From Vicugna vicugna (lineage: Eukaryota): 64,000 nt of DNA. A model generated the notes under the pieces. The model worked only from the letters and a program-made list of their open reading frames with translations. It was not told where the DNA came from and did not search any database. The translations under genes and the position numbers were made by a program. The stretch is taken from contig MU058531.1 of the NCBI GenBank assembly GCA_013265495.1, positions 1,674,911 through 1,738,910 of the forward strand. The letters are read 5' to 3'. Shown here in pieces: positions 12,695 to 26,053 of this stretch (position 1 is its first letter; every line of letters begins with the position of its first letter).

Positions 12695-14599
12695 ACATCT
12701 CATCCTATTTCTTATTCTATTTCTTGTTTGGTTTCTGCTTGGAGGAGTTCTTTGTTTCTTATTGTTGTGGTTTTGGGAAAGCATAAAATATGCTCAATAT
12801 TAGTCTTTCACAGCTCCTTTTGGAAGGCAAATTCAAAAGCGAGATTTTCTAAATCAGGTATGTCCAAACTTGCTTGGAACAACTTTATCTAAAGAGATTA
12901 GATATACATGCAAAGCAAATACATGATGAAAGAGTGCAGACTTTTTTAATCATAGGTCTTCTTTTTTTTTTTTTCCGGAGGTGGGAGGGTGGGGTAGATG
13001 CCCCAGGTGCACATGGTTGAGTTAATCACGTTCTTCACGGCATATTATCATCATTGGTCTGTGCAAGGCCTTGCCCTAATTTTACTTCTTTATTTCCTTT
13101 AATCCCCATTCCTCATGTCTTTTTCCTTCATCCCCTGATAGGCAACCCCACCAATGAGTTGAATGGATGTCTTTTTGTTTGTTAAGTGTACTTACAGAAT
13201 ATATTGTTTTGTGTAAAGATGAATTTAATTTATTTAAACAGTATTTTGTTGTATCTTTCCATTTCTTTTTTCTTCACTCTACACTGTGCTAGTAAGTTCA
13301 GCTATATTGCCATGTGTAAATCTACTTAGCTATTGCTAATTCTTGCCTTGTTCTATGGTGTGCAGCCTCGCCATTTTCCCAGGAATGGACACTCAAGAGA
13401 GCATCCAACCACCTATCACTACAAATAATGCTGAAATGAAAATTCTTGTATGAGTTCCTGTATTCACCTATGTGAAATTTCCTTGGCATACATACCCAGG
13501 AGCAGAATCGCTATATATTAAGGTGAATAGACTTCTAATTTTATCAAATACTGCTGGATTACACCTGTCTACTGATACCAGCAGTAACTGTGGGTTCCTG
13601 TAACTCCAAACTTAGCATGATACAGCTTTCGAACAAATGGAATCTGGTATCTCACTGTTTTAATGTACATTTCTCTGATTATTGTTGCAGTTAAGCATCT
13701 CTTCATTTGCTTGTTGGAGTTTCTAAACTGTAAGTTAGGCAATTCATGTTTATAACCTTTGCACATTTTCCTATCAAGATGGTTGTTTAAGTCTCCAGAG
13801 CATTGTCTGTTATGGAAAATTGTGAAATGGTTCATGCCATGGAAACATAAGGGTCATTTTCACTTAAAGTACTATGATCTCTCTAGTAAGCCAAATATGC
13901 ACAAAATAATGCTTCCCAGCTTTAAATTGAGGGAATTTGGTTGCTAAAGGCAAAAAAGAGGGCAAAATTAAAGAAACATAATTCAAAATTTCATTCCTCA
14001 TACTAAAAACTAAAAGTTTAGTAAAAAGTTTGTAAACGTTATTAAAAAAAAATTGTACTAAAAGCCATGTCAATAAAATTGTTATTTTTCTCTTAGAAAG
14101 AATTTAGCAAAAATTATATATCAAGTAACCCTACTGAATTCTGAATATCTGGAAGGCAATTACTATCATGTATCCAGGTTAGAAGATACTTCACTTTACA
14201 GTTGCTCCAAACCGCTGAAATTATGCATCACCTCTTAACTTTAAGACATTATACAGGAAATACAGATGCACATGACGGCTTTATGTGTTTATCACTGAAA
14301 ACTCTTTCTACCAGGGGAGAGACTCTGGATAACAATTATTTTGTGAGTTTTTGATGTGAAATGGAAAATGTATGATGGATTTAGTAGTGACGGAGTACCA
14401 GCTATATATTAGAGCAAGAGATGTGTTACTATGCAAAAAAGGGGCGGTGCCTAAACGCGGACCCCCAAAACAGGGGTAATCTTCATATACCTCCCAGTCC
14501 TCACTCAGTGTTGAAGAAAATAGTGACGACTGTGACAGTGATCTAGGGCAGCTAATAAATACCTTGTTTGCAATGAGAAGAAATTTTTTAAAGAGTACA

Positions 14600-14726
14600 A
14601 CTCTTTTGGTGATCATTTCACAGTATATACAAATATCGAATCATTATGTTGTACACCTGAAACAAATATAATGCATGCCGATTATACTCCAATAAAAATG
14701 CTAAAAATTAAATTAAATCTTTTAAA
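14600..14726 (+). mobile_element. L1 extreme 3' end fragment
   Basis: 'gtgatcatttcacagtatatacaaatatcgaatcattatgttgtacacctgaaac' plus A-rich tail. Confidence 0.75.
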
Positions 14727-16320
14727 AAGAAAATTTTTTTCTTGCTAAAGTATGCCAGCTGATCTCACAAGTATTTTAAATGAAGACTGAGAATAAAATT
14801 TTGGACTAGATTCTGATAATGCTAGTAAGACCATTTTTAAAATTTCAGATGGCTTCCTTAAGTCACATATCTCAGAAATATACCTAGTATCTTGACTATC
14901 CAGAACTTTTCATTTTAAGGTAAAACTATCATGATGTTTATAATGTTGAAGTTAAAGTACTGAGATTTCTTAAGAAACCTGAATTGCAGTGAAAGTGATT
15001 CAATCAAGATTTTCACTCTGCCAATTCTCTTTACTCTTCAAAGAAAGAAATCTATGGTATATCAGTGGGCATGTTTTAAAAGTACTCAGATGCTGCAACA
15101 GAATATTAAGAAATATTCCTTAGAGCCACGCACAACCAAAGAGTGTGTTATTTGACATCCAAATGTTTGAAACATTCGAAACATTAGCATCTGACCGAGA
15201 AGAGAACCAAATGTGCTGTTCAAAGAAAACTCTCTCCTACATTTTTGGATCTGTGTTCAACACAAAAATCCAAAACTGTCTGACAAAGTTAGCAAACATT
15301 TGCTCCCACTTCTGATGATTTATAATTTTGAATTAGCATGTTCTAAGTTAGAAGAAAATTAAAGAGTAAGAAAAGAATATTTGCATAAAACCTGGCCTAT
15401 AGTTCGAGTCACCCGTAATCAAACCCCTCAGAGATTATTATTAATAATTTTAATATATTTTATTTTTAATAGTAAGGGATTTTAAGCCTAAATTTGTTGA
15501 TTTGCATATGCTTTAAAAATCCATTAAGTGGTCTGTGGACATCAAAAGTCAGCTATGATGACGGTGTTTTACTCTGTGCCTCTGGGTACCACTGATTCAC
15601 AACTAGCATCCAGGGTTTCAGGTACAAATTGAGAGGAGAGACTCTTTCTCTTCCTAGGGATGAGTCATGGGAGCAGGTATTATTACTATACTACCCTGTT
15701 TTTATAAACAAGAAAACTGTAATTTGGAAAAGTAAAATGAACAGAGTCACACAGATTATACACACCAGAAGCAGACCTAACTCAAGTCTTCTCACCCCTA
15801 ATTCAGACTCTGCTTTACACCATTCCTTCTCAGCATTGGAGCCTTTGGGGTGTATTTGGTATTGCACAATGCTTTACTTATTTAAACCATCAACTTAAAG
15901 GAATACTCATCCTGGAACTCTAACTGGGTCGATGGCTACTAACTAAACTTCCTACATCACATCTAGGTGCTAGTTCAGCTTTCATTGTGAAACTTCCTGC
16001 TACCCTACAAAGTTGTCTTCTTCCTGCTTCCTTGAAGGAGCATTCAGTGCAGCTCAAAGTAATGCATATTTGAGTCCAGAGCTCCCTCTATTCTAATAGC
16101 ACTCCGTTCCCTGGATCATGTCCAAAGCACCAATTTCTTTCCCTACCCCACAGCTTGCCTCCCCTCCCCCGCTTTACTTTCAGACCTGGATGTAAGATTA
16201 GGAAGCGTCTGAATTTTTTTTAATATTTCTTTTTAAGCCTTAAACCAACATTACAGTTTACAGTTGGGCTGAAGATTCATATTCATTCTATTTGTTAGTC
16301 TTTAAAAACGAGTAAAATCA

Positions 16321-16339
16321 TTTCCACTAGATGGCGGTC
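16321..16339 (+). promoter_or_regulatory. Candidate CTCF binding site
   Basis: TTTCCACTAGATGGCGGTC matches the CTCF core CCACYAGRKGGCR; motif evidence only. Confidence 0.55.
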
Positions 16340-17440
16340 TTTACCAAGAACTCTAAGAGCTATGCCAGCTTGTGGCAATTTGCAAATTTTAAAGCCTACC
16401 TTTTACAAAGATAAGTAGATATGCAGCCATTTAGTAGATGTACTAATGCAAAGCTTCCAACTGTGAATCCACTTTTGAGCCCCCACTTTAGAAAAAGCCA
16501 ATAAATGTTAAAAATGTAATGTGTTTTTAATAAACAGAAATTTTATTTGTTTCAGGTTGAAGTTTTTTTCTTTAAACCTATAATATTGTGTAAATTTAAG
16601 GTGTACAACATGTTATTTTGTTACATATATATTGTAACATGATTGCCATTGTAGCGATAATTAGCACCTCTTTCGTGTTACATAACTATCATTTATTTTC
16701 GGGGTTGGATCAACTAAATTCTCATCTCTTAGCAAGTGTGATAATTATAATACAACATTGTTGTCTCTATGCACTGCACAGTACTAATGCTCAGATCTCT
16801 AGGACTTATTTTCTACTCATTACACGTTTGTGCCTTAAACAACTTTTGAAAAATTTCTTAAAGAAGTAAGGAGTTTCACCCAGAAGAAAGACTGAAAGAC
16901 ATAGATCAAATTATCTTTTTGTAATTACTGTTCATATTCTTAGATTTTAAAAATGCTTGTTGATTATAAAAATTTAGGGTTCGGTATTTGGAAGAAGAGA
17001 TTGGCTATTGCTATTTACAGTTGACATTTGTTCTGCATTTCCCCCTCAGGCGATAAAGGTATTTTTAAGTTAAAATATAATCTATTGAGTAGAATTTATC
17101 ATAGCTACAATTTGTACTCTGACCTATGGATGAGACTGTTTCTTCTCCTTACCTGCTTTGTTATTTATTAGTATTTGATGATTCATTATTTGACTGAGCA
17201 CTTGTAAACTTCTTATTGAAGTATAATGTAACTAAGGAAAAGTGCACAAATTGTAAACGCATAGCTCAATAAATTTTCATAAGGTGAAATGAACATAAAT
17301 GTTTTTATGTAATTATAGATTTTATCTTTTTAAATTTTTTTTGCTATTTGTTTGGTTACACCCAAGAAATCAGCACCTAGATCAAAAATTAGAATGCTAC
17401 AGCCACCCAGAAGTTCATTCATTCTGCCTCCTGGTTACTT

Positions 17441-17508
17441 CCCCATAATGGTGACCTCCCTACAATGGTGACCTCCCCACAATGGTGGCCTCCCCACGAT
17501 GGTGACCA
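17441..17508 (+). repeat. 17-bp minisatellite, 4 copies
   Basis: ccccataatggtgacct / ccctacaatggtgacct / ccccacaatggtggcct / ccccacgatggtgacca. Confidence 0.92.
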
Positions 17509-18803
17509 TACCCTGCCTTCTAATACTATAGATGACTTTTGCCTGGTTTTGAAGCTTAATGAATCTTCTCCATTCTTTTGCTTCTCATTGTGTTTATATT
17601 TCCCATCCATGTTGTTGTCACTGCTGTATATCACAACTTTTTATTCATTCTATAATTAAAGGATATGTATGATTTTCAGTTTGGAACTATTATGAATAGT
17701 GTTTCTATGAAGTTTTAAATCAAAATGTGTATGAATTTCTTGGAGTGGGTGTATACCTAGGAGCGAAATGGCTGGGTCATGGGATTTGCATATATTCAGC
17801 TTTGATAGAGATCACCAGTTTTTTCTGAAGTGGTTGTAGCAATCCATACTCCCACCAGCAAGATATAAGTGTTCCACTATTCTAGTTCCTCCCCAGAATT
17901 TGGTACTGTCAGTCCTTTTATACTGTAGCCATTCTGATGGGTAAGCAGTAATATTTCATTTTGGTTTTAAATTGCATTTCCAAGTGAAATTATTTATATA
18001 CTTATTGGTTAAGAACATTCCAGTCTTTTGTTCATTTTTCTATAGTCTTTTGTATCATTTTTAAAATTAATTTGTAGGAGTTTTTTATATATCTGAGGCT
18101 TGTCAAATCACTGGTCAGATATAAATTATTGCAATCATTTCCTCCCACTCTGGGGCTTAAGTTTTTACTCTCTTACTGGTATTTTGATGAACAAATTCCA
18201 GTTTATCATTTTCTTTTTCTTTACAGTTAGCACATTCTTTGGGTCCTATTTTTAAAACTCTTTGCCTATTCCAAATTTACGTATGCACTACTCTATGTTT
18301 TCTTCTTGAAGATTTATTACTTAACCATTTATATTTAGATATAATTCATCTGCAATTGCTTTTTGTATATGATGTGAGGCGGGGCAAAAACTCATTTTTT
18401 ATATGGATGTTACATTGTCCCAACACCATTTATTAAAAAGACCATCTTTTCACTGCTGTACCACAGTTTCGTCTTTGTCACAAATGAGGTAACTGTATAT
18501 ATATACACACACACACACACACATATATATGGCTTTTTTTCTGGACTTTCTATTTTATTTCATTGGTCTATTTGTCTATTCTTGGGCTCCATTATCTTCA
18601 TTATTTTAACGATATAGCAGGCCTTGATACCTGTAGTCTAAGTCCCCCAGCCTTGTTCAGACTTCTACTGACTGCTTTCTTTTGCATTTCCAGATAAATT
18701 TTAGAATCAACTTGTCAGTTTCTAAGAGGGGATAAAAACAACTGTCAGGATTGTTATTGGAATTGGATTAAATCAATAAGTCAGTTTGGAGAAAATTGGT
18801 ATC

Positions 18804-19456
18804 TGTGGCGGCTTTATAATGTGTCGGTTTAGGTAAGCAAAACTACATCTCCCAGAATTCCCTTCCCTGATTGTTGTTTGGTTAGAGGGAGCCACAGGAG
18901 AGCTTTTTCTGCGTGAGATTTGGAGGGCAGAAGTGAAGCAGCAGTCACAATTTTTATGTTCAGAATTCCAGAGCAAGCATTTTTAGAACTCATATACGTT
19001 GCCACTTAACTCTTGATTCACCTTGGTGTGGGAGCAGCAATGGGACCTATAATTGCTCTAACTTCTCTGAATCCTCTTTCAGCTTCTCTGACTCCTTGAC
19101 AGTGGGCTCCAGTATCTCCCGCAGGACCCCCACAACATCAAGGTTAGAAGCAGTGAGAGTTGAGCTCACACATGTGTCCTCGTGTGTTCGAGCTTGCCCT
19201 TGCTCTACCCGCTTTATACCTATCCTCTCTTCTCAACTGCCTGCCATACAGATTTCAAGCTCCAGCATGAGGTACAAAGATAACAGCTTTACAGAGACTA
19301 TTTAACCAGCTCCCATATTGCATAAGGTCAAATTCCTTTAACAAATCTCATGTATATACACATATATTACTCATACATGCACATGTATGTATATTGTGTG
19401 TGTTTACTTATTTATCTTAGTGATTCTGCTTTTCTTATTGATCCCTGATTGATACA
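18804..19456 (+). mobile_element. ERVL-class solo LTR (LTR41/MLT2-like) nested in L1
   Basis: TG...CA termini ('tgtggcggcttt' ... 'ccctgattgataca') interrupting the L1 sequence. Confidence 0.68.
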
Positions 19457-21926
19457 TTTTCACAAATTGGGAACATGGTATAGACTTCTATACCATAAAG
19501 TTCCAATTCATGAACACAGCATAGACTTCTATTAATCTGATCATTTTTAATTTCTCTCAATTATGATTTGCAGTTTTTTAATGTGATGGGCTTGCCCATC
19601 TTTCATTATATTTATTGCTAGATTTTGATGTCTTGATATAATTATAAATTTGGTCTTTTTAAATTTGATTTGGTATATAATAAATTGATTTTTACATTTT
19701 TATCATGTATCCTGCAACCTTGCTTAAATTCAGTAATTGGTTTTAATAGTCCATGACCTCTTTTGGATTTTCTGTATATATAACCATGTCACCTGAGATT
19801 AATGTGTTTCCTTCTTCCTTTTCTGCCTCTTTTGAACTGGCCAGGACCTCCAGCACAATGTTGAGTAGAAGTGGTGATGGAAGATGAACTTGTCTCATTG
19901 CCCATTCCAAGGGGGTGTTTTTAATTAACTTACTCTTAGGTAGTATGTTTCCTCTAGGTTTTTTGTAGATATTCTTTATCAGATAAAAGAAATTTCTTCT
20001 GTTCTGTTCACTAAGGTATTCTAATCATGAATGATTGTTGCATGATCAAATGCTTTTTCTGTTTCTACTGACATGATCATATAAATTTTCTTTTTTCTGT
20101 TAACATAGTAAGTTATACTGATTAATTTTCATTTCAAGCAAATTTGGTCATGATATATCATCCTGTCTATATATTAATGGGTTCATTTTGCTAATACTTG
20201 GTTTAGGATATTCATATATCTGTTCTTGAAAGAGATTGGCCTATAATTTTCATTTCTTAAATGTCCTTTTCAAACTCCAGTACCAAAAGTTATGCTAGCC
20301 TCTTAAAATAAGTTAGAAGTGTTCCATCTTTTTCTAGTCTCTGGAGGAGTTGTGTAAAATTGATGTTATTTCTTCCTTAAATATTTGGAAGAATTCATTC
20401 ATAAGGCCATGTGGGCCTTAAAGCTTCTTTATAGGAAAGTTTTTAATTAAAGAATCAACTTGTTTAGCAGATATGAGACTATACAACATGTGTTGTATAG
20501 ATCATCTATTATATTTTTAACATCTATAAGATCTGTAGGAATGTCTTCTTTTTATTCCTGATATTGGAAATTTGTATTTTCTCTCTTTTTGTTCTTGGCT
20601 TACCTTGCTAGAGGTCTGCAAATTTATTAGTCTTTTCAAAGATCCAACTTTTTTGTTCTGTTGCTTTTCTCTATCGTGCATTTGTTATATATTTAATTAA
20701 TTTCAACTCTTATCTTTATCTACTTGCCTTTACTGCTGTAGCTTTATTTTGCTGTTGTTTTCTAAGTTTTCAAGATAAATATTTAGATTCTTCATTTTCA
20801 GTCTTCCTTCTTTTCTGATTGTATGTTTAAAGCTATATATTTTTCTGTAAGCACAGCTTGAGTCACAGCGACAGGTATGAATGTGTTATATCTTCATTAT
20901 CTGTCAATTCAAAATACTTTCTAGATTCCATTGTGATTTCTTATTTGAGCCATGACTTTTTTAGAATTATGTTGCTTAATTCCTTAAAGTTGAGGATTTT
21001 CTAGTTAACAGTTTTTGATTTCTAACTGAATTCACTGTGGTCAGAAAACACATTCTGTATAATTTCAAACCTTTGATGTTTTTATGAGGCATGCTATATG
21101 ATCCAGCATATGATCAATTTTGATAAGTGTTCCACATGCATTTAAAATGAATGTGTATTATGTTGTCATGTATAACATTCTACATGTCAGTTAAGTTGTT
21201 TTGTTAATCATGTTCAAATCTTTATACTTACTGATGTTTTGTCTGCTTGTTCTAACAGATATTGAGAGCTTCACGTTAAAGTATTTCACTATGACTGTGG
21301 ATTTCTCTACTTTGCCTTTCAGTTCTGCCAAATTTTTGCTTCATATACTTTGAAGCTATCTTATTGAGAGTATATAGGTCTAAAATTGTTATATCTTCCT
21401 GAAGGATTCTCTTCTTTAAAATTATTAAATATTTCTCTTTATTCCTAGTAATGTTTTTTGCCATAAAGTGTTCTTATCTGATATTGATATAGTTACATCA
21501 GTTTTCTTTTCATTAATTCTTTTTAATTCTTTTAGTTTCAAATTTTCTGTGTTCTTATGTCAAGGTATGTTTCTTGTAAGCAGCATATAGTAGGATTTTG
21601 TTTTCCATTCAGTTTGACAATCTTTGTCATTCACTACTGTCAATCAGGTCAATCACTGGAATATTTAGTTCATTTACTTTAATATAATTAAATGTACACT
21701 TAATGTAATGTAATGTAATGATAAATACATAATATAATGACAACATGTCTACTCTTTTATTACTTGTTTTACATCTCATCCAGATAGTTTTTATCTTTCA
21801 TTTCTTATCTTCCTTTGGATTAATTAAATAATGCTATATTATTCTATATTCTCCATCTAATAGTTATTTATACTTTTTAGGCTATTCTTTTAGTGGTTAG
21901 CCTAAATATTATAATGTATTACAGTA

Positions 21927-22393
21927 TGTGCTAATTTCCTAGAGCTGCCATAACAAAGTACTACAACCTAGATGGCTTAAAACAACAGAAATGTGTTCTG
22001 TCATAGTTCTGGAGGCTAAAAGTCCAAAAAAATCAAGGGATCAGAAGGGTTAGTTCTTTCTGAGGGCTCTGAGGGAGAACTACTCCATGCCTCTCTTTTA
22101 GCTTCTGGTGATAGCCAAACAGTCCTTGGCATTCCTTGGTTTGTAGATGTGTCATTGCAATCTCTGCCTACATCTTCACATGATATTCTTCCTGTGTCTC
22201 TGTGACTTCACATAGCTGTTTTCTTATAAACACATCTATTGGATTATGGTCCCACCCTACTCCAGTCTGACCTTATCTCTGCTTCAGTAATTACATCTCC
22301 AATGACCCTATTTCCAAACAAGATCACATTCTGAGTATTGAGGGTTAGTATTTCAACATACCTTTTAGGAGGAACACAATTTAACTCACAACA
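21927..22393 (-). mobile_element. MaLR LTR (MLT1-type)
   Basis: 'ttcctagagctgccataacaaagtactacaacctagatggcttaaaacaacagaaat...gatcacattctgagtattgagggttag'. Confidence 0.85.
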
Positions 22394-22519
22394 TAGCTTA
22401 AAGTTAATTATTACTTTTACTGCTTCCCTGACAATACTAAAACTTTAGAAGACTTTAATTCCACTTACCATTTCCTGTCTGTTGTGTTACTGTTATCACA
22501 GATTTAATTCCACATATTT

Positions 22520-22668
22520 TCTTTTCTTTTTTTTGTGGGTGGGGGTGGTTGGGGAAGGAGCTAATTTGGTTTATTCATTTATTTATTTTTAATGGAGGTA
22601 CTGGGGATTGAACCCAGGACCTTGTGCATGCTAAGCAGGCACTCTACCACTGAGCTTTAACATCCCCC
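22520..22668 (-). mobile_element. tRNA-derived SINE (vic-1-like)
   Basis: Same head as the other copies; T-rich tail; degenerate TSD taattccacatattt / taatttcatgtattt. Confidence 0.88.
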
Positions 22669-24638
22669 TAATTTCATGTATTTAAATTGCAAGGAACATT
22701 ACTGTTGTTTTATACACTCAAAGTCCATTTATATTTACCCATATATTTAGCTTTTTCACTGTGCTTCACTTTTTCCCTCTTTCCTTTTTCCATCTTGGAG
22801 CATTTATTTTCCCTTTTTCTCCTAGTCACTGGGACTCCAATTACTTATACATTAGATGTATTTGCTATGTCCTATTTGTCTCTGTGAAATTCTCTTTTTC
22901 TTAATCTAGTTTTTTCTTCTTTTTCTCTATTTTCTTGAATATATTTATTGTAATTATGTTAAATTTTTTGATTGGTATCTATAATTCTGAACCACCGGTC
23001 TGATTTTTTCCTTATATTTTTGTTCATTGTATCCCATATCTTGGCATGCCTAATACTCTTTGGTTAATAGTCAGATATTGTGTTGAAAAGTAGAAATTCT
23101 GGATGATGAGGGAATCTCCAGAGAAGGTTCACCATTTCCTCTGCTGGGCAGGTAGAGTTAGGGCTGACCACCTTAATCCAGTCACAGACTGAGCTGACTC
23201 AAGGTTCTGCTGAAGTCTTACTACAGCCCTTTCTACCTTTTCATCACTTCCACCTTAGAGCATAGCCTGCAGAGTTCCAACTAAAAGCCTGGGTAAGTTC
23301 CCCAGGGCCCCTCCTCCAGGACTTGAACTCTAATTCTTGACTGCTCAGTAGTCTGAGACAGCCAGAAACTCCACTCTGCTCTTCAAAAACTTTCTGCCTA
23401 GCTTCTTAGCCCCCTATACCTTACAACTTCAGAATTCAGAAAAATACTTTAAAAAAAAAAAAAAAACCTGACCGGTTGAGTTCAGTTTTCTGCCCCTCCA
23501 GCATCTAATTTGTGTTCCTTTAGACCCACAGGGTTACCAAATGCTCTAATGACTTCTCTGCCTTCCAGCACCAGTCCTTTGATGGAGACTTTTATTGCAT
23601 GTTCACCCACATCCCTTGAGGCCAGAATTGTGAAATTACCCTTGGAAAAACACGTCTGCAGAATGTTAGTTCAGCTCTACGTGGTTTTCCCCTCTCCTGA
23701 ATCTTGACTTCTCAAGTTCTAAGTTGCCTGAGCAGCTTTCCAATACCCATAGAGAGATTTTCTTTGTTGTGGTGGTTGTTTTATCCAATTTCTCTAGTTA
23801 TTCTTAAAGGGTGCATTCTTCTGCCGTAAGGTATTCTGCCATGCTAAAAATAGCAGTCCCAGCCGCAAAGTATAAGAGTTGGCTTCCCCTCCAGTGCGAC
23901 TATTGATTATGCTTCAGGAAGTTAGACTGCTGAATAAGAGTTTCCCTCTCTCTTTTTTTTAATCAAGTATAAAATTGTCTCTAAATACCAACTGTATAGT
24001 AATTAGTGTGCCCTTTGACAAAATATGAATTTAATTAAGATAACTTGTCATTGGACTAATTGTCAAGAAATAAATGAGAAAAATAAATATACAAAATAAA
24101 AAATAAACGTGCAATTAATGAAGCACATTGAGAACAAATTTTATTCAAGATTAAACAAAAAAATACTTGGTAAGGTTTTCATAGAAATAGAAATGCTCCT
24201 TTTATGTAAATGTATGCTGCATTAACCTAATAAAGTAAAGTGAAATTTTTTTAAAAAGATAGAAGCAAGATGTTAATTTTAGCTCATTTATTTCATATTG
24301 GTATAGATAATCTACCTAGAATATTTACAAAATAAAAATAGAATCCTTTCAAAAAAGTGTTATACCTTAGTGAACTGTTAGCAGTTTTTTACCTCAGGTG
24401 TATAGAATTGAATTGATAATATTAATTTCATGGCAAGCTATCATTATGCATCCAAGTTAATCCCCATTAAAAATTGCTTAATGTATTTATTGTCTTTTTC
24501 CTTCATCTCTAACCCTAGTTTCCAGTTTCATTTTCTTTCTACATCCCAACATATGTATTATTTAATGTATGTTCTTCCAATCTACCTTTCATACATGTAT
24601 CTGTCCTTGAAAATATGTGGTATTATTTTGTGTATTTC

Positions 24639-24882
24639 CTGAGAACTGGTTGAAGGTTCTAGCAGGGGAGTGCAGCTACTCTTTACCCTTGACCAAGAAG
24701 AATGGTTCTCCTCTATCAGGGGAGGTCATTCTCTTTGACCCAGCCGGAGGGCGCAGCTTTGGGAGGGACACACTTGGAGTGGTAGGGGAGGAAGAGGACA
24801 CCGCCTAGCCAGCCAGATCAGCCAAATCAACCCTGACGATCAGTGGGGTGACAGATATCACAGCCAGATTACCCTCACATCC
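24639..24882 (-). pseudogene. 7SK snRNA retropseudogene, 3'-truncated, no poly(A)
   Basis: Minus strand begins GGATGTGAGGGTAATCTGGCTGTGATATCTGTCACCCCACTGATCGTCAGGGTTGATTTGGCTGATCTGGCTGGCTAGGCG (7SK 5' end) and runs to ...CCCCTGCTAGAACCTTCAACCAGTTCTCAG; TSD tattttgtgtatttc at 24624-24638 and 24883-24897. Confidence 0.95.
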
Positions 24883-25657
24883 TATTTTGTGTATTTCTTA
24901 ATTTACACACGTGAAACTACACTATCATTGCATTCTTTTTCAGTTTTTGTACAATCTTTCGATGTCTATCCATGTTGCTCTGTGAAAACCCAGTTCATTC
25001 CTTCTGCATCATATTCAATCATATGCTTATATATTTTTCTTATCCATTCCTTTATGATGGACATGTAAGTTGTCTGCAATTCTTGGCTACCATAAGCAAC
25101 TGCAGTGAACATCCTTGTGCATCTGTGCAAGAGTTTCTCTGGGGTAAAAACTCCTGAGAGGAATTGCTACATCATAGCATATATACATATTTAACTTTAT
25201 TAAACATTGACAGATTGCTCTCCAGAATGGCAACACCATATCATTGAGCCAGAAAGTTTCCCAGTACCCCCAGCTGCACCTAATGTTAAATAATGATCTA
25301 ACAAGTATAACGTAATCTTAATTCACACTGTAAATATGTCAGTCTTCCTCCCAATTAATCAATAAAAGCAATTCTAATTAGAAGTCCAGAATTTGGGGAG
25401 AAATCAAACTTTTTTCTAAGATTTGTGTAGAAAAATAAAGTCCACATATGGGAAAGGCAATTTCATAAAAGAAGGGCAAAGGTATAAATTTAATACATAA
25501 ACACACAAAACAGTATTAAACATTTTTAAAGATATATACATAATCAAAGATGTACACCAAACATATCAGAGACAGAAGTATCGGTCTAAGGATCAGTTAA
25601 AAGGGAAAAAAGTGAAATAAGGGAATGTTGTCAAAACGGATGGTGATAAAGTTCCAC

Positions 25658-26010
25658 TGCTTAGCTTGGACTATTATAACAACTTCTATAGACAAGGTGG
25701 CTTTAACAGTAAATTTCATCCCTCACAGTTCTAGAGGCCTGGGAGTCTAAGATCAAGGACCAGCAGATTCCCTGTCTGGTGAGAGCCCTCTTCTTGGTTT
25801 GCAGGTGCCACCTTGCTGCTGTATCTTCAAGTGATAGAGACAGAGATCATCTCTCTTATGTCTCTTCTAAGGGCACTAATCCCATTATGATGACTCCAGC
25901 CTCATGACCTAATTACCTTCCAAAGGCCCCACACCCAAAAATCATCACATTGGGGATTAGGGCTTCAATCTGTGAATTTTGGGGGGACACAAACATTCAG
26001 TTCACAGTAG
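25658..26010 (-). mobile_element. MaLR LTR (MLT1A-like)
   Basis: 'aagggcactaatcccattatga...cctcatgacctaattaccttccaaaggcccc...ggggggacacaaacattcag'. Confidence 0.85.
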
Positions 26011-26053
26011 CCGTAAATTGCAAAATATGATTAACTCAATTTTTGTAACAATA

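Larger units (their letters stand above)
17200..21900 (-). mobile_element. Long decayed L1 (3' UTR and ORF2 region), interrupted by an LTR
   Basis: T-rich + strand with continuous antisense L1 phrases; ORF 21276-21464(-) 'KYLIILKKRILQEDITILDLYTLNKIASKYMKQK' resembles the L1 ORF2 endonuclease region. Confidence 0.82.

Noticed and set aside
17441..17508. CRISPR-like array
   Set aside because: Head-to-tail units with no spacers in mammalian DNA; an ordinary minisatellite.
24639..24882. Functional 7SK gene
   Set aside because: 3'-truncated, many CpG-type substitutions, flanked by a TSD, and no upstream Pol III promoter or T-run terminator.
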